A DNA stretch of 64,000 nucleotides from a virus (taxonomy: Duplodnaviria; Caudoviricetes), in the IMG/VR virus record IMGVR_UViG_3300024046_000025, positions 13,511 through 77,510 of that record, one strand, 5' to 3'. A model generated the notes under the pieces. The model was not told the DNA's origin. It saw only the letters and a program-made list of their open reading frames with translations, and did not search any database. Both the position numbers and the translations under genes were made by a program. Position 1 is the first letter of the stretch, and every line of letters starts with the position of its first letter. Shown piece by piece: positions 33,757-42,214 of this stretch.

Positions 33757-36068
33757 GCGACGACAACATCCTCCACTTCAACCCCTGGCGGGATTTCAAC
33801 GACGCGCCGCCGCTGCCCGATCCCTTCGCGGTCGAACCGGATGCGAGCCAGATCGCCCGCTTCGTCTACGTGGTCTTCGGCTACTCCGAGGGTCTGATCC
33901 CGGTTCGCGGCTTCGTCGACAAGGGTCAAGGCAAGGACGGCCGCCCGCACAACATCTGGATCGAGGCAGATGCCACGGCGCCCGAGAAGCTCGCGACCTT
34001 CGCGGGCTGGGCTGCGCGAGAAGGCGCCGCAGTCTATGTCATCCCCGGCACGGTCGTGGAGACCGGTCAGGCTCGCGCCGCCGACGTGATGCAGATGCAG
34101 AGCCTCGTGGTCGATCTCGACTCGGGCGACATCCCCGCCAAGCTCGATCACCTCGTCCATCATCTCGGCCGTCCGACGCTGATCGTCGAGAGCGGTGGGC
34201 GCACGCTCAAGGGCGCGACCAAGCTCCATGTCTGGTGGCAACTGACCGAGCCGGCGGAAGGCGCGGACCTCGCCATGCTCTGCCAGCTTCGCGGCGAGAT
34301 CGCACTGAAAGTCGGCGGCGACACGCATTTCCGCTCGGCCCACCAGCCTATCCGCGTCCCCGGCACCGTCTATCACAAGGGCGGGTTGACCCGGCTCGTG
34401 CAGATCCGCGAGGCGACCGGGATGGAGGTCGATCTCGCCGAGATGGCCGAGCGCGTCGCCGACATGCCGCCCATGCCCGGCATCGGCATGGCCACGGCCG
34501 AGCCGCGCCAGAAACCCGCCATCGACGACGTGCTGGTGACGCCGGTCCACGAAGGTGGCGCGGACGACTGGTCCCGTTTCGAGGGCGCCTCAGCCGCCAT
34601 CGGCTATTTCCTGCGCCTCGTCCATGAGGGCCGGATGTCGATGGACGAGGGCTGGACGGCGATCTGCGGCTACAACGCCGCGATACTGCGTCCGTCCTGG
34701 CCGCTCGACCGGCTGAAGCGCGAGACGAACCGCCTGTGGGAGTTGCACATCAAGCGGCACGGACCGCCGCTCCTTCGCCTTGACAGCGCGATGACGGTAC
34801 CGGCCGATCTTCCGACCTTCAGTCTCGGCGCGCTGCTCGATGACACGAGCCCGATGCCCGAGGACATCATCGGCCCGCGTGTCCTGACCCCGGGCGGGCT
34901 TCTGGTGCTGGGCGGCGCTCCGAAGGTCGGCAAGAGCGACTTCCTGATCTCCTGGCTCGTGCACATGGCGGCGGGCGTGCCGTTCCTCGGCTTTACGCCG
35001 CCCCGGCCGCTGCGCGTGTTCTACCTGCAGGCCGAAATCCAGTATCACTATCTGCGCGAGCGCATGCAGCAGATCGCACTGCCCGCCACCGTGATCGCCG
35101 CCGCGCGCGACACCTTCATCGCCACGCCGAAACTCAGGCTGCTCCTCGACGCCAAGGGCGTCGCCCGCGTGGCCGAGGCAATCCGGGCGGCATTTCCGGA
35201 CGCGCCGCCCGACATCATCGTCATCGACCCGATCCGCAACCTCTTCGACGGTGGCCCCGACGGCGGCGGCGAGAACGACAACGCCGCCATGATGTTCTTC
35301 CTGAAGGATCGGGTGGAGTCCCTGCGCGAGGCGATCAATCCGGAGGCGGGCGTCATCCTCGCCCACCACACGCGCAAGGCCACCAGGCAACAGGTCAAGG
35401 ACGATCCCTTCCTCGCTCTTTCCGGCGCCAGCGCGCTGCGCGGTTTCTACACCACCGGCCTGTTGATGCACCTTCCCGACGAGGACAGCTCCGTCCGCAG
35501 GCTCGAGATCGAGCTGCGCAACGGACCTGCGCTGCCGGGAAAGCTGATCGACAAGGTGAAGGGCGAATGGGTCGAGCTAAACCCGATGAACGAGCGCCTT
35601 GTGCGCAAGGAGGTCGGTGCCAGGTTCGATGCCGAACGTCTGCGCAAGCATGACGTCATTCTCGGCATGTTGCTGGACGAGGCGGCCAGCGAACGCCTCT
35701 ACACCGCGATGCAGTTCGCGGAAAAGTTCGAGAACCGAAGCGGTCTGGGCAGCAAGCACACCATCCGCGAGCGCCTCAGCGTGCTGGCGACCAAGGGCTT
35801 CGTGAAGTTCCTGCGCGATCCCTCCGGCTTCGGTTTCCCCATCACCCGGTCGCGCTTCGGCTATCTCTGCGTCGAGGGCATGCAGTTCGGCGCGCCCGTC
35901 GAACATGTCGATCCAACCAATGGCGAAGTCACCACACAGGTCCGCCAGGTTCTTCCCAGTCACTTCAAATGCCCCCAATCCGGGCTTTGCCTTCAGGTCG
36001 AGAACCCTGCCGTCTGGGTCTACCCGGACGGGCTCGAAGACGACCTTACTCATATGAGTGAGGCCTGA
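33753..36068 (+). CDS. Primase-helicase (RepB/AEP-like primase + AAA_25 helicase)
   Basis: VVDLD, LHVWW, QPIRVPGT; Walker A GAPKVGKS; Walker B IVIDP. Start ATG 33753 (ATGA overlap). Confidence 0.85.
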   Translation: MSDDNILHFNPWRDFNDAPPLPDPFAVEPDASQIARFVYVVFGYSEGLIPVRGFVDKGQGKDGRPHNIWIEADATAPEKLATFAGWAAREGAAVYVIPGTVVETGQARAADVMQMQSLVVDLDSGDIPAKLDHLVHHLGRPTLIVESGGRTLKGATKLHVWWQLTEPAEGADLAMLCQLRGEIALKVGGDTHFRSAHQPIRVPGTVYHKGGLTRLVQIREATGMEVDLAEMAERVADMPPMPGIGMATAEPRQKPAIDDVLVTPVHEGGADDWSRFEGASAAIGYFLRLVHEGRMSMDEGWTAICGYNAAILRPSWPLDRLKRETNRLWELHIKRHGPPLLRLDSAMTVPADLPTFSLGALLDDTSPMPEDIIGPRVLTPGGLLVLGGAPKVGKSDFLISWLVHMAAGVPFLGFTPPRPLRVFYLQAEIQYHYLRERMQQIALPATVIAAARDTFIATPKLRLLLDAKGVARVAEAIRAAFPDAPPDIIVIDPIRNLFDGGPDGGGENDNAAMMFFLKDRVESLREAINPEAGVILAHHTRKATRQQVKDDPFLALSGASALRGFYTTGLLMHLPDEDSSVRRLEIELRNGPALPGKLIDKVKGEWVELNPMNERLVRKEVGARFDAERLRKHDVILGMLLDEAASERLYTAMQFAEKFENRSGLGSKHTIRERLSVLATKGFVKFLRDPSGFGFPITRSRFGYLCVEGMQFGAPVEHVDPTNGEVTTQVRQVLPSHFKCPQSGLCLQVENPAVWVYPDGLEDDLTHMSEA

Positions 36069-36099
36069 CTCATATGTCTTCACCAACTTTGCATTCAAC

Positions 36100-36193
36100 G
36101 AAATCAACGGGTTGCGGGAAAACAAGACTTTGGCCCCGAACTCATGCCCGAAGACTTCATGAAGTCTTGTTCCGCAATGAAATCAACCTGTTG
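36100..36193. other. Candidate replication origin: two IHF consensus sites flanking inverted repeats
   Basis: AATCAACGGGTTG (36102-36114) and AATCAACCTGTTG (36181-36193); AACAAGACTT/AAGTCTTGTT inverted repeat; 18-bp palindrome AAGACTTCATGAAGTCTT (36151-36168). Confidence 0.6.
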
Positions 36194-36402
36194 GCTGTCG
36201 CGGAACAGTCAGGTGCAAAACCCCCATACTACGTATGGGGCGGCCACCCGTCAGGGTTGGCCTCGCCCCATACGTCGCGGGGCCTCGCGCGCCTCCGCCC
36301 ATGCCTTCTCCCACCCGATCCGACGACGGCGGCCCCGTACCGCCAAGCACCAGACCGCCGTCGTCTTCCACCACCACAAGCCACCGGCAAAGGAGGCCCA
36401 TC

Positions 36403-36942
36403 ATGGCTCAGCCGACTCTGATCCCGAATTCCGACGGCGCAAGGTTTGAATCGCTGCCGCTCGCCACGCCCCGAAACCGCTGCATCCTTGCGCTCGACCT
36501 CGGCACCTCGACCGGCTGGGCGCTGCGCGGCCAAGACGGTCTGATCACCAGCGGCACCGTCTCGCTTCGTCCCGGCCGCTTCGATGGCGGCGGCATGCGT
36601 TATCTGCGCTTCACCAACTGGCTGACCGAGATCGATCGGCTGTCCGGCCCCGTCGCAGCGATCTGGTTCGAGGAGGTCCGCCGCCACGCCGGCACCGACG
36701 CGAGCCACATCTACGGCGGGCTCATGGCGACGCTGACCGCATGGGCCGAACTGCGCGGTGTGCCCTACGAGGGCGTGCCGGTCGGCACGATCAAGCATCA
36801 CGCAACGGCCAGGGGCAATGCCGACAAGGCCGCAATGATCGCCGCCGTCCGCGCCCGCGGCTTCAGCCCTGTCGACGACAACGAGGCGGACGCCATCGCG
36901 ATCCTGCTCTGGGCGATCGAGACGAACGGGGGTGTCGCATGA
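36403..36942 (+). CDS. RuvC-like Holliday junction resolvase-fold protein
   Basis: ILALDLGTSTGWA, IWFEEV, DDNEADAIAIL; AGGAGG RBS. Confidence 0.75.
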   Translation: MAQPTLIPNSDGARFESLPLATPRNRCILALDLGTSTGWALRGQDGLITSGTVSLRPGRFDGGGMRYLRFTNWLTEIDRLSGPVAAIWFEEVRRHAGTDASHIYGGLMATLTAWAELRGVPYEGVPVGTIKHHATARGNADKAAMIAAVRARGFSPVDDNEADAIAILLWAIETNGGVA

Positions 36943-37139
36943 GGTGGTATCCCAAAGGCTACGGCGGCGAACGCCGGGATCCCGAGCAGGTCAAACGCGA
37001 GGGCTGGCAGGAAGAGGGCCTCCTTGCGGTCTCCGCCGATGATGACCGTCTCACCTGGCCCGAGCGTGAGCTGGTCCGGCAGTTGGGCGAGAAGCTCTAC
37101 GGCCCGCGCCCCTCGGAAAGGGAGGCACGCCATGGCTGA
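36939..37139 (+). CDS. Hypothetical protein, 66 aa
   Basis: ATGA-coupled; MRWYPKGYGGERR start. Confidence 0.6.
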   Translation: MRWYPKGYGGERRDPEQVKREGWQEEGLLAVSADDDRLTWPERELVRQLGEKLYGPRPSEREARHG

Positions 37140-37512
37140 CCGCATCTGGACCGCCGACGATGTCGCCGACCATTTCGAGGAGGCGTTCCGCACCCTGCGC
37201 AAGCTGCCGCCGGTGAAGGTGCAGGGCTATTTCAACACCTGGCCGGAGATCGTGCGAACGAGTCGCGAGATCGCCTTCATGGAACCCGAGCCGATGCGCG
37301 TCTGGCCCTCGGCCGCCGCGATCACCCGGCTCGAGCAGACCTTCGACTGGGTGCTCTGGATCGAGGAGGCGGAGCGCAAGCTGGTCTGGTCTCGCGCCGC
37401 CCGCGTGCCGTGGAAGCAGATCAGCGGCGAGCTCGGCTGCGACCGCACCACCGCATGGCGGCGCTGGCAGCTCGCGCTCACAAAGATCGCGGCACGGCTG
37501 AATGCGCAGTGA
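37132..37512 (+). CDS. DUF6362-like protein with sigma-region-4-like HTH (late regulator candidate)
   Basis: VPWKQISGELGCDRTTAWRRW; last early gene before the cos region. Confidence 0.65.
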   Translation: MADRIWTADDVADHFEEAFRTLRKLPPVKVQGYFNTWPEIVRTSREIAFMEPEPMRVWPSAAAITRLEQTFDWVLWIEEAERKLVWSRAARVPWKQISGELGCDRTTAWRRWQLALTKIAARLNAQ

Positions 37513-37661
37513 CTCCAATGTGTTGCAACACTTTTCCCTTCGACATCTGCAACATGATCGTGCTATCCGAAGGACAAGATGGGGAGAGTGCGCCGAAGGG
37601 CTCGCTCTCCCCTTTGCATTGATGCGCCTCGCGCCGAAGCCGGCACGTCGGGCGAGTTCGC

Positions 37662-37830
37662 GGGTCCTTCCTCGCGAAAACCGTATGCTGGCGGGCGAAG
37701 CGCGGCGCATCGCCAGCGACAGGGCCGGATTTTTGGGAAGCCACCCGGAAGCCGGAGTCGCCTGAACCCGCCTGAAACACTGCAAATTCAAACCCTTGAT
37801 GCTGGACTCCGGGGGCCGGAAGCCAAGGGT
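37662..37830 (+). other. Candidate lambda-like cos site (cosQ-cosN-cosB)
   Basis: GGGTCCT at 37662-37668; TATGC-TGGCGGGCGAAG-CGCGG at 37684-37705; downstream repeats and a near-consensus IHF site at 37786-37798. Confidence 0.6.
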
Positions 37831-37857
37831 ATCCACCCGACCGAGGAACCACGCCAC

Positions 37858-39240
37858 ATGACGCTGAGCTTCTCCCCGGACGCGATCGAGATGTGGCCGC
37901 TGTCGCGCCTGCAGCCCTACGCGAAGAACGCGAAAGCACATGGCGCGGACCAGGTCGTGAAGATCGCCGCCAGCATGGCCGAGTTCGGCTGGACCGTGCC
38001 GTGCCTGGTGGCAGAGGACGGGGAGCTGATCGCTGGCCATGGACGGGTGCTGGCCGCGACGCAGCTGGGGCTGACGGAAGCGCCAGTGATTGTGCTGGGT
38101 CACCTGACCGAGGCGCAGCGCCGGGCCTATCGCATCGCGGACAACAAGCTGACGGAACTGGGCAACTGGGACGAGGCGCTGCTGTCGGCGGAACTGAACG
38201 AGTTGCTGGCCGAGGATTTCGACCTGTCGCTGGTCGGCTTCTCGGATGGCGAGTTGGACAAACTCTTGGCATTCGTGCCGGAGGGGGACAGTGAAGACAG
38301 TGGCGCCGGAGGCTCCGTGCCGCCGGTGACCATCCCCGAGCCGCCGCGCAACCCGGCGTCGCGCACCGGCGATCTCTGGATCCTTGGTGAGCATCGTCTG
38401 TTCTGCGGTGACGCGACCTCCAATGCCGATGTCCGCCGTCTGATGAACGGCGAGCGCGCGGTGCTGTTCGCCACCGATCCGCCGTACCTCGTCGATTACG
38501 ACGGCTCCAACCATCCGACGCGCAACAAGGACTGGTCGGCGTCCTACGGCACGACCTGGGACGACAGTTCTCAGGGCGCGGAGCTCTACGACGGCTTCAT
38601 CGCTGCGGCGGTGGCCGAGGCGATCACCGAGGATGCGGCGTGGTATTGCTGGCACGCTTCCCGCCGCCAGGCGATGCTTGAGGCCTGCTGGGAGAAGGCG
38701 GGCGCCTTCGTGCACCAGCAGATCATCTGGGTGAAGGATCGCGGAGTTCTGACCCGGTCGCATTACCTCTGGAAGCACGAGCCCTGCTTCATGGGCTGGC
38801 GCAGACCGAACCGCCCGCCAAAGGTGGCCGAGGAAACGCTGCCATCGACATGGGCGCTGCCGAACTTTGCCAAGGACGACCGGCCCGACCACCCGACGCC
38901 AAAGCCGCTGGACGCCTTCGGGATCCCGATGCGCCAGCATGTGGCGCGGGGCGGGCTCTGCTACGAGCCGTTCTCGGGCTCCGGGTCGCAGATCATGGCG
39001 GGCGAGGCGAACGGCCGCCGCGTCTTCGCGATGGAGATCAGCCCGGCCTATGTCGACGTGGCCGTCGAGCGCTGGCAGGCTGAGACCGACAAGGACGCAA
39101 TCCTCGACGGTGACGGGCGGACCTTCGCGCAGGTGAAAGCCGAGCGGCTGGGCGACGACGCTGAAGCCCCGGCCGATGCCGCAGCCCCGGACGCCGACAC
39201 CGCCCCAGAACCCGCCCGCAAACGCAAATCCGCAGCCTGA
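37858..39240 (+). CDS. ParB-like domain + DNA amino-methyltransferase (N6A/N4C, beta class)
   Basis: N-terminal LIAGHGR...RIADNKL; DPPY precedes YEPFSGSGS; HPTPKP. Confidence 0.9.
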   Translation: MTLSFSPDAIEMWPLSRLQPYAKNAKAHGADQVVKIAASMAEFGWTVPCLVAEDGELIAGHGRVLAATQLGLTEAPVIVLGHLTEAQRRAYRIADNKLTELGNWDEALLSAELNELLAEDFDLSLVGFSDGELDKLLAFVPEGDSEDSGAGGSVPPVTIPEPPRNPASRTGDLWILGEHRLFCGDATSNADVRRLMNGERAVLFATDPPYLVDYDGSNHPTRNKDWSASYGTTWDDSSQGAELYDGFIAAAVAEAITEDAAWYCWHASRRQAMLEACWEKAGAFVHQQIIWVKDRGVLTRSHYLWKHEPCFMGWRRPNRPPKVAEETLPSTWALPNFAKDDRPDHPTPKPLDAFGIPMRQHVARGGLCYEPFSGSGSQIMAGEANGRRVFAMEISPAYVDVAVERWQAETDKDAILDGDGRTFAQVKAERLGDDAEAPADAAAPDADTAPEPARKRKSAA

Positions 39241-39244
39241 GGCC

Positions 39245-40426
39245 ATGCATGACCTGGCTCTACCTTCCTCCGGACGCGCTTCCGGAGCCGGAGACGCATG
39301 CCTGTTCGGCCTCTCCCTCTGCTCCGGCGCGGGCGGGCTCGACCTCGGACTCGCCATCGCCATCCCCAGATATCGTGCTGTGGGCCATGTCGAACGGGAA
39401 ACCTACGCCGCAGCCATCCTCGTGGCGCGGATGGAAGACGCGTCCCTGGATCCGGCACCTGTCTGGGACGACGTTGGAACCTTCGACGGCCGCCCGTGGC
39501 GCGGCACGGTGGACATCATCACTGCGGGCTATCCGTGCCAGCCGTTCTCCGTCGCGGGCAAACGCCGGGGCGCCGGCGATCCGCGCCATATCTGGCCACA
39601 TGTCGCCCGGATCATCGGCGAGGTCGAGCCGCCCTTCGTCTTCCTCGAGAACGTCGCCCATCATCTCCGCCTCGGCTTTCCTGAAGTCGCCAGCGGACTG
39701 GTCGGCATGGGCTACCACCTTGCGGCAGGCCTCTTCACGGCGGCGGAAGTCGGCGCGCCCCACAGGCGTGAGCGGCTCTTCATCCTCGCGATCCGCGAGG
39801 GAGATGAACTGGCCAACCCCGCGCGCCTGCTCTGGAACCCGGTCGAGTGGCGGCAACCGGACCGAATTGCTGCAGCTCTGGCCGACGCCCCGGGCCAGCG
39901 CGAACGAGAACCGGCAGACGAAGCCGACGCCCTCGCAGGAAGTGGGTCAGCACGGGATGAACCTCGCGACGACGGCGGCGTTATGGCCGACGCCGCAGAC
40001 CGACAGTTTTCGCAGCCGGGGTGGCGACCGAAAGGACGAGAAGGGCCTGGACCGCATGGCGCGGGACTGGCCGACGCCGATGGCGAACGACGGGTGCAAG
40101 CCGAGCGCCGGCAACCGCCGGACGGCCGACCTGACCCATGCGGCGGGGATATGGATGACGCCGACGGCGCGCGACCACAAGGATGGGGCGACGACGTTGG
40201 TGAATACGCCGGTGAACGGCCTGCTTGGCCGCCAGGTCCTGGTGACGCCCATGGCTGGGAACGATATCTCCGAAGCGCGCCGGACCTTGAACCCGCTGTT
40301 CGTCGAGGCGCTGATGGGCTGGCCCACCGGGTGGACCGGCTTCGGCTCTGTGGCAACGGAGTGGTCCCGCTGGTTGCGGCGCATGCGCTCAGAACTCTTG
40401 CAGCTGAATTGCTGGCCGATGGGTGA
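39245..40426 (+). CDS. DNA cytosine-5 methyltransferase, alpha frame (motifs I-VIII and X)
   Basis: SLCSGAGG (I), GYPCQPFS (IV), ENV (VI), HRRERLF (VIII), RLRLCGNGVV (X). Confidence 0.88.
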   Translation: MHDLALPSSGRASGAGDACLFGLSLCSGAGGLDLGLAIAIPRYRAVGHVERETYAAAILVARMEDASLDPAPVWDDVGTFDGRPWRGTVDIITAGYPCQPFSVAGKRRGAGDPRHIWPHVARIIGEVEPPFVFLENVAHHLRLGFPEVASGLVGMGYHLAAGLFTAAEVGAPHRRERLFILAIREGDELANPARLLWNPVEWRQPDRIAAALADAPGQREREPADEADALAGSGSARDEPRDDGGVMADAADRQFSQPGWRPKGREGPGPHGAGLADADGERRVQAERRQPPDGRPDPCGGDMDDADGARPQGWGDDVGEYAGERPAWPPGPGDAHGWERYLRSAPDLEPAVRRGADGLAHRVDRLRLCGNGVVPLVAAHALRTLAAELLADG

Positions 40427-40442
40427 AGGTGCGCCGGCATGA
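39249..40442 (+). CDS. Overlapping second frame of the C5 methyltransferase (beta-subunit candidate)
   Basis: 397 codons with no stop; repeated WPTP motifs and LNPLFVEALMGWPTGW (motif IX-like); alternative internal ATG at 39804. Confidence 0.65.
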   Translation: MTWLYLPPDALPEPETHACSASPSAPARAGSTSDSPSPSPDIVLWAMSNGKPTPQPSSWRGWKTRPWIRHLSGTTLEPSTAARGAARWTSSLRAIRASRSPSRANAGAPAIRAISGHMSPGSSARSSRPSSSSRTSPIISASAFLKSPADWSAWATTLRQASSRRRKSARPTGVSGSSSSRSAREMNWPTPRACSGTRSSGGNRTELLQLWPTPRASANENRQTKPTPSQEVGQHGMNLATTAALWPTPQTDSFRSRGGDRKDEKGLDRMARDWPTPMANDGCKPSAGNRRTADLTHAAGIWMTPTARDHKDGATTLVNTPVNGLLGRQVLVTPMAGNDISEARRTLNPLFVEALMGWPTGWTGFGSVATEWSRWLRRMRSELLQLNCWPMGEGAPA

Positions 40443-40657
40443 AGCAGTCGCGCCTCATGTCGCTGATCGAAGCCATCGCCAACGTGGCCGTCGGTTATGG
40501 CGTCGCCGTGGTCGCGCAGATCCTGATCTTTCCTATCTTCGGGCTGCATACGACGCTGGTGCAGAACCTGAAGATGGGCGCGGTGTTCACCATCGTGTCG
40601 ATCGCCCGTTCGTTTGCCTTGCGGCGGCTGTTCGAGGCGATGCGGGGGAATAAATAA
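40439..40657 (+). CDS. Small two-TM phage protein, 72 aa
   Basis: ATGA-coupled to the beta frame stop; hydrophobic. Confidence 0.7.
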   Translation: MKQSRLMSLIEAIANVAVGYGVAVVAQILIFPIFGLHTTLVQNLKMGAVFTIVSIARSFALRRLFEAMRGNK

Positions 40658-40714
40658 CGCGGAAAGAACAACGGTCTTTGCTTTGAGACATCTGGCCCAT
40701 AGCCTGTCCCCCAA

Positions 40715-41122
40715 ATGAGCGGGGATCCGAAAATGCCTCAACTGGATGTCAAAGGGCTGGATCGCAGTGAATGGGGGGGCTCGATTGTCCGCCTGCACCA
40801 CTCTCACAGAAGTGGGATTGGGCGGTACGGCGTTGCTCGAATAATCAATACTGCTGATCGATCACGATCGTTCGACGCGGTGCTGCTGGGCCACGACGAT
40901 GAAACCGCAATCTACATGGCCTTCGATGCAAGGCAGTCCCTTGGTATCGATAAGGGCCAGCGTTTGAGTTTTGACCTGAAAGAACTCGGATGGTTCGGCA
41001 AGCTTCGCTGGTATCTCAAGACTCCGGACCCCCGGATATACATTCCTGCTTGGCTTGCAGCGTGGTCGGTGGTTCTCGGTCTTTTGGGATTCCTGCTTGG
41101 CGTCGTATCGCTCCTGAAATAG
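40715..41122 (+). CDS. Accessory protein with C-terminal membrane anchor, 135 aa
   Basis: AT-richer codons; ends WLAAWSVVLGLLGFLLGVVSLLK. Confidence 0.65.
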   Translation: MSGDPKMPQLDVKGLDRSEWGGSIVRLHHSHRSGIGRYGVARIINTADRSRSFDAVLLGHDDETAIYMAFDARQSLGIDKGQRLSFDLKELGWFGKLRWYLKTPDPRIYIPAWLAAWSVVLGLLGFLLGVVSLLK

Positions 41123-41196
41123 TTGACGGCAAATGTTCCGACACTTGTGCCGCCGCCCCAGCGGGACGGCGGTTCATGTTGTTGGGGTTGGCTGCG

Positions 41197-41784
41197 TCAG
41201 GTAGCAGAAAGCTTGTAGACCCGTCCGCGTCCCTCGATCTTTTCCGAGGTGACCTCGAGCCCGAGCTTCTTCTTCAGCGCCCCGGCCATCGCGCCGCGCA
41301 CCGTGTGCGACTGCCAGCCGGTCACGGCCATGATCTCCTCGATGGTCGCGCCTTCCGGTGCGCGCAGCATGGCGATCAGGCTTGCCTGTTTGGTGCCCTC
41401 GCGCGGCGTGCGCGCCTTGGGCGCGGGATCGCTCTCACGCGGGGTGTCCTCCGAGTCCTCCGCGCTCGGCGTTTCGTTGGCGCCCGTGAGCGCGGTGTCG
41501 GGCCCCTCCGGCTCGATGCCGATGGCGGCGAGACCGGCGTTGGTGATGTGCAGGAGGATGGCGCGACCGTCCGCGTCGTTGCGCCAGATGCGGTTGAGCG
41601 CGGCGTCGGCCTTCGTCTGGCTGTCGGTCACCGTTTCCGCGACCAGTCCGCGGGAGAGAAGCGCGCCCACCACCTTGACAGCGGCGCCTCCGCGCAGGGA
41701 ACCGGGTAGCGGCAGGACGTTGCCGTCGTCGCGCTGTGCGGCGGCGCTGAGGATCACGGCTTGAGTATCGGAAAGTTGGGTCAT
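41197..41784 (-). CDS. DUF3489-domain protein
   Basis: MTQLSDTQAVILSAAAQR; C-terminal KQASLIAMLRAPEGATIEEIMAVTGWQSHTVRG. Confidence 0.8.
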   Translation of the reverse strand: MTQLSDTQAVILSAAAQRDDGNVLPLPGSLRGGAAVKVVGALLSRGLVAETVTDSQTKADAALNRIWRNDADGRAILLHITNAGLAAIGIEPEGPDTALTGANETPSAEDSEDTPRESDPAPKARTPREGTKQASLIAMLRAPEGATIEEIMAVTGWQSHTVRGAMAGALKKKLGLEVTSEKIEGRGRVYKLSAT

Positions 41785-41877
41785 CGGGGTCGTCTCCATG
41801 GTCGGGGCCGCGCCCATCGCAGCCCTTCTACGACCCCGAGCCCGCCTCGCGGCGGGCAGGCTTCGGAGCGGCTGGCA

Positions 41878-42102
41878 CTATTCTGCGTGTTCGCCTTCGC
41901 GGAATGCCATGTCGGTGATCTCGCGCAGCCTGGCGCGGTAGTGGTTCAGGGTGCCGACATGGCCCCAGTGGATCTCGTCTGGGTGGGTCTCGAAGTGGTC
42001 CGCGCTGAGGGCGGCGAGGCGTTCCAGCATCGCGTCGATCTCGAACTTGGCGGTGAGGAAGGCGTCGAGGGCTTTCGTGTTGTCCTGTGCGCGGCGGGTC
42101 AT
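41878..42102 (-). CDS. Hypothetical protein, 74 aa
   Basis: GGAG RBS; PDEIHWGHVGTL motif; upstream sequence nearly identical to that of the DUF3489 gene. Confidence 0.7.
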   Translation of the reverse strand: MTRRAQDNTKALDAFLTAKFEIDAMLERLAALSADHFETHPDEIHWGHVGTLNHYRARLREITDMAFREGEHAE

Positions 42103-42163
42103 CGGGGTGGCTCCGTGGTCGAGTTGCATCGCGTCGTTGGAGTGACGTTCGCTCCGGTCACGG

Positions 42164-42184
42164 TGCTTATCAACTCAATAAGCA
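42164..42184. promoter_or_regulatory. Inverted repeat in divergent promoter region before terminase
   Basis: TGCTTAT-N7-ATAAGCA; GATAAT -10-like hexamer at 42198-42203. Confidence 0.5.
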
Positions 42185-42214
42185 TCTGAATCTGAATGAT
42201 AATCGGAGCTGTCG

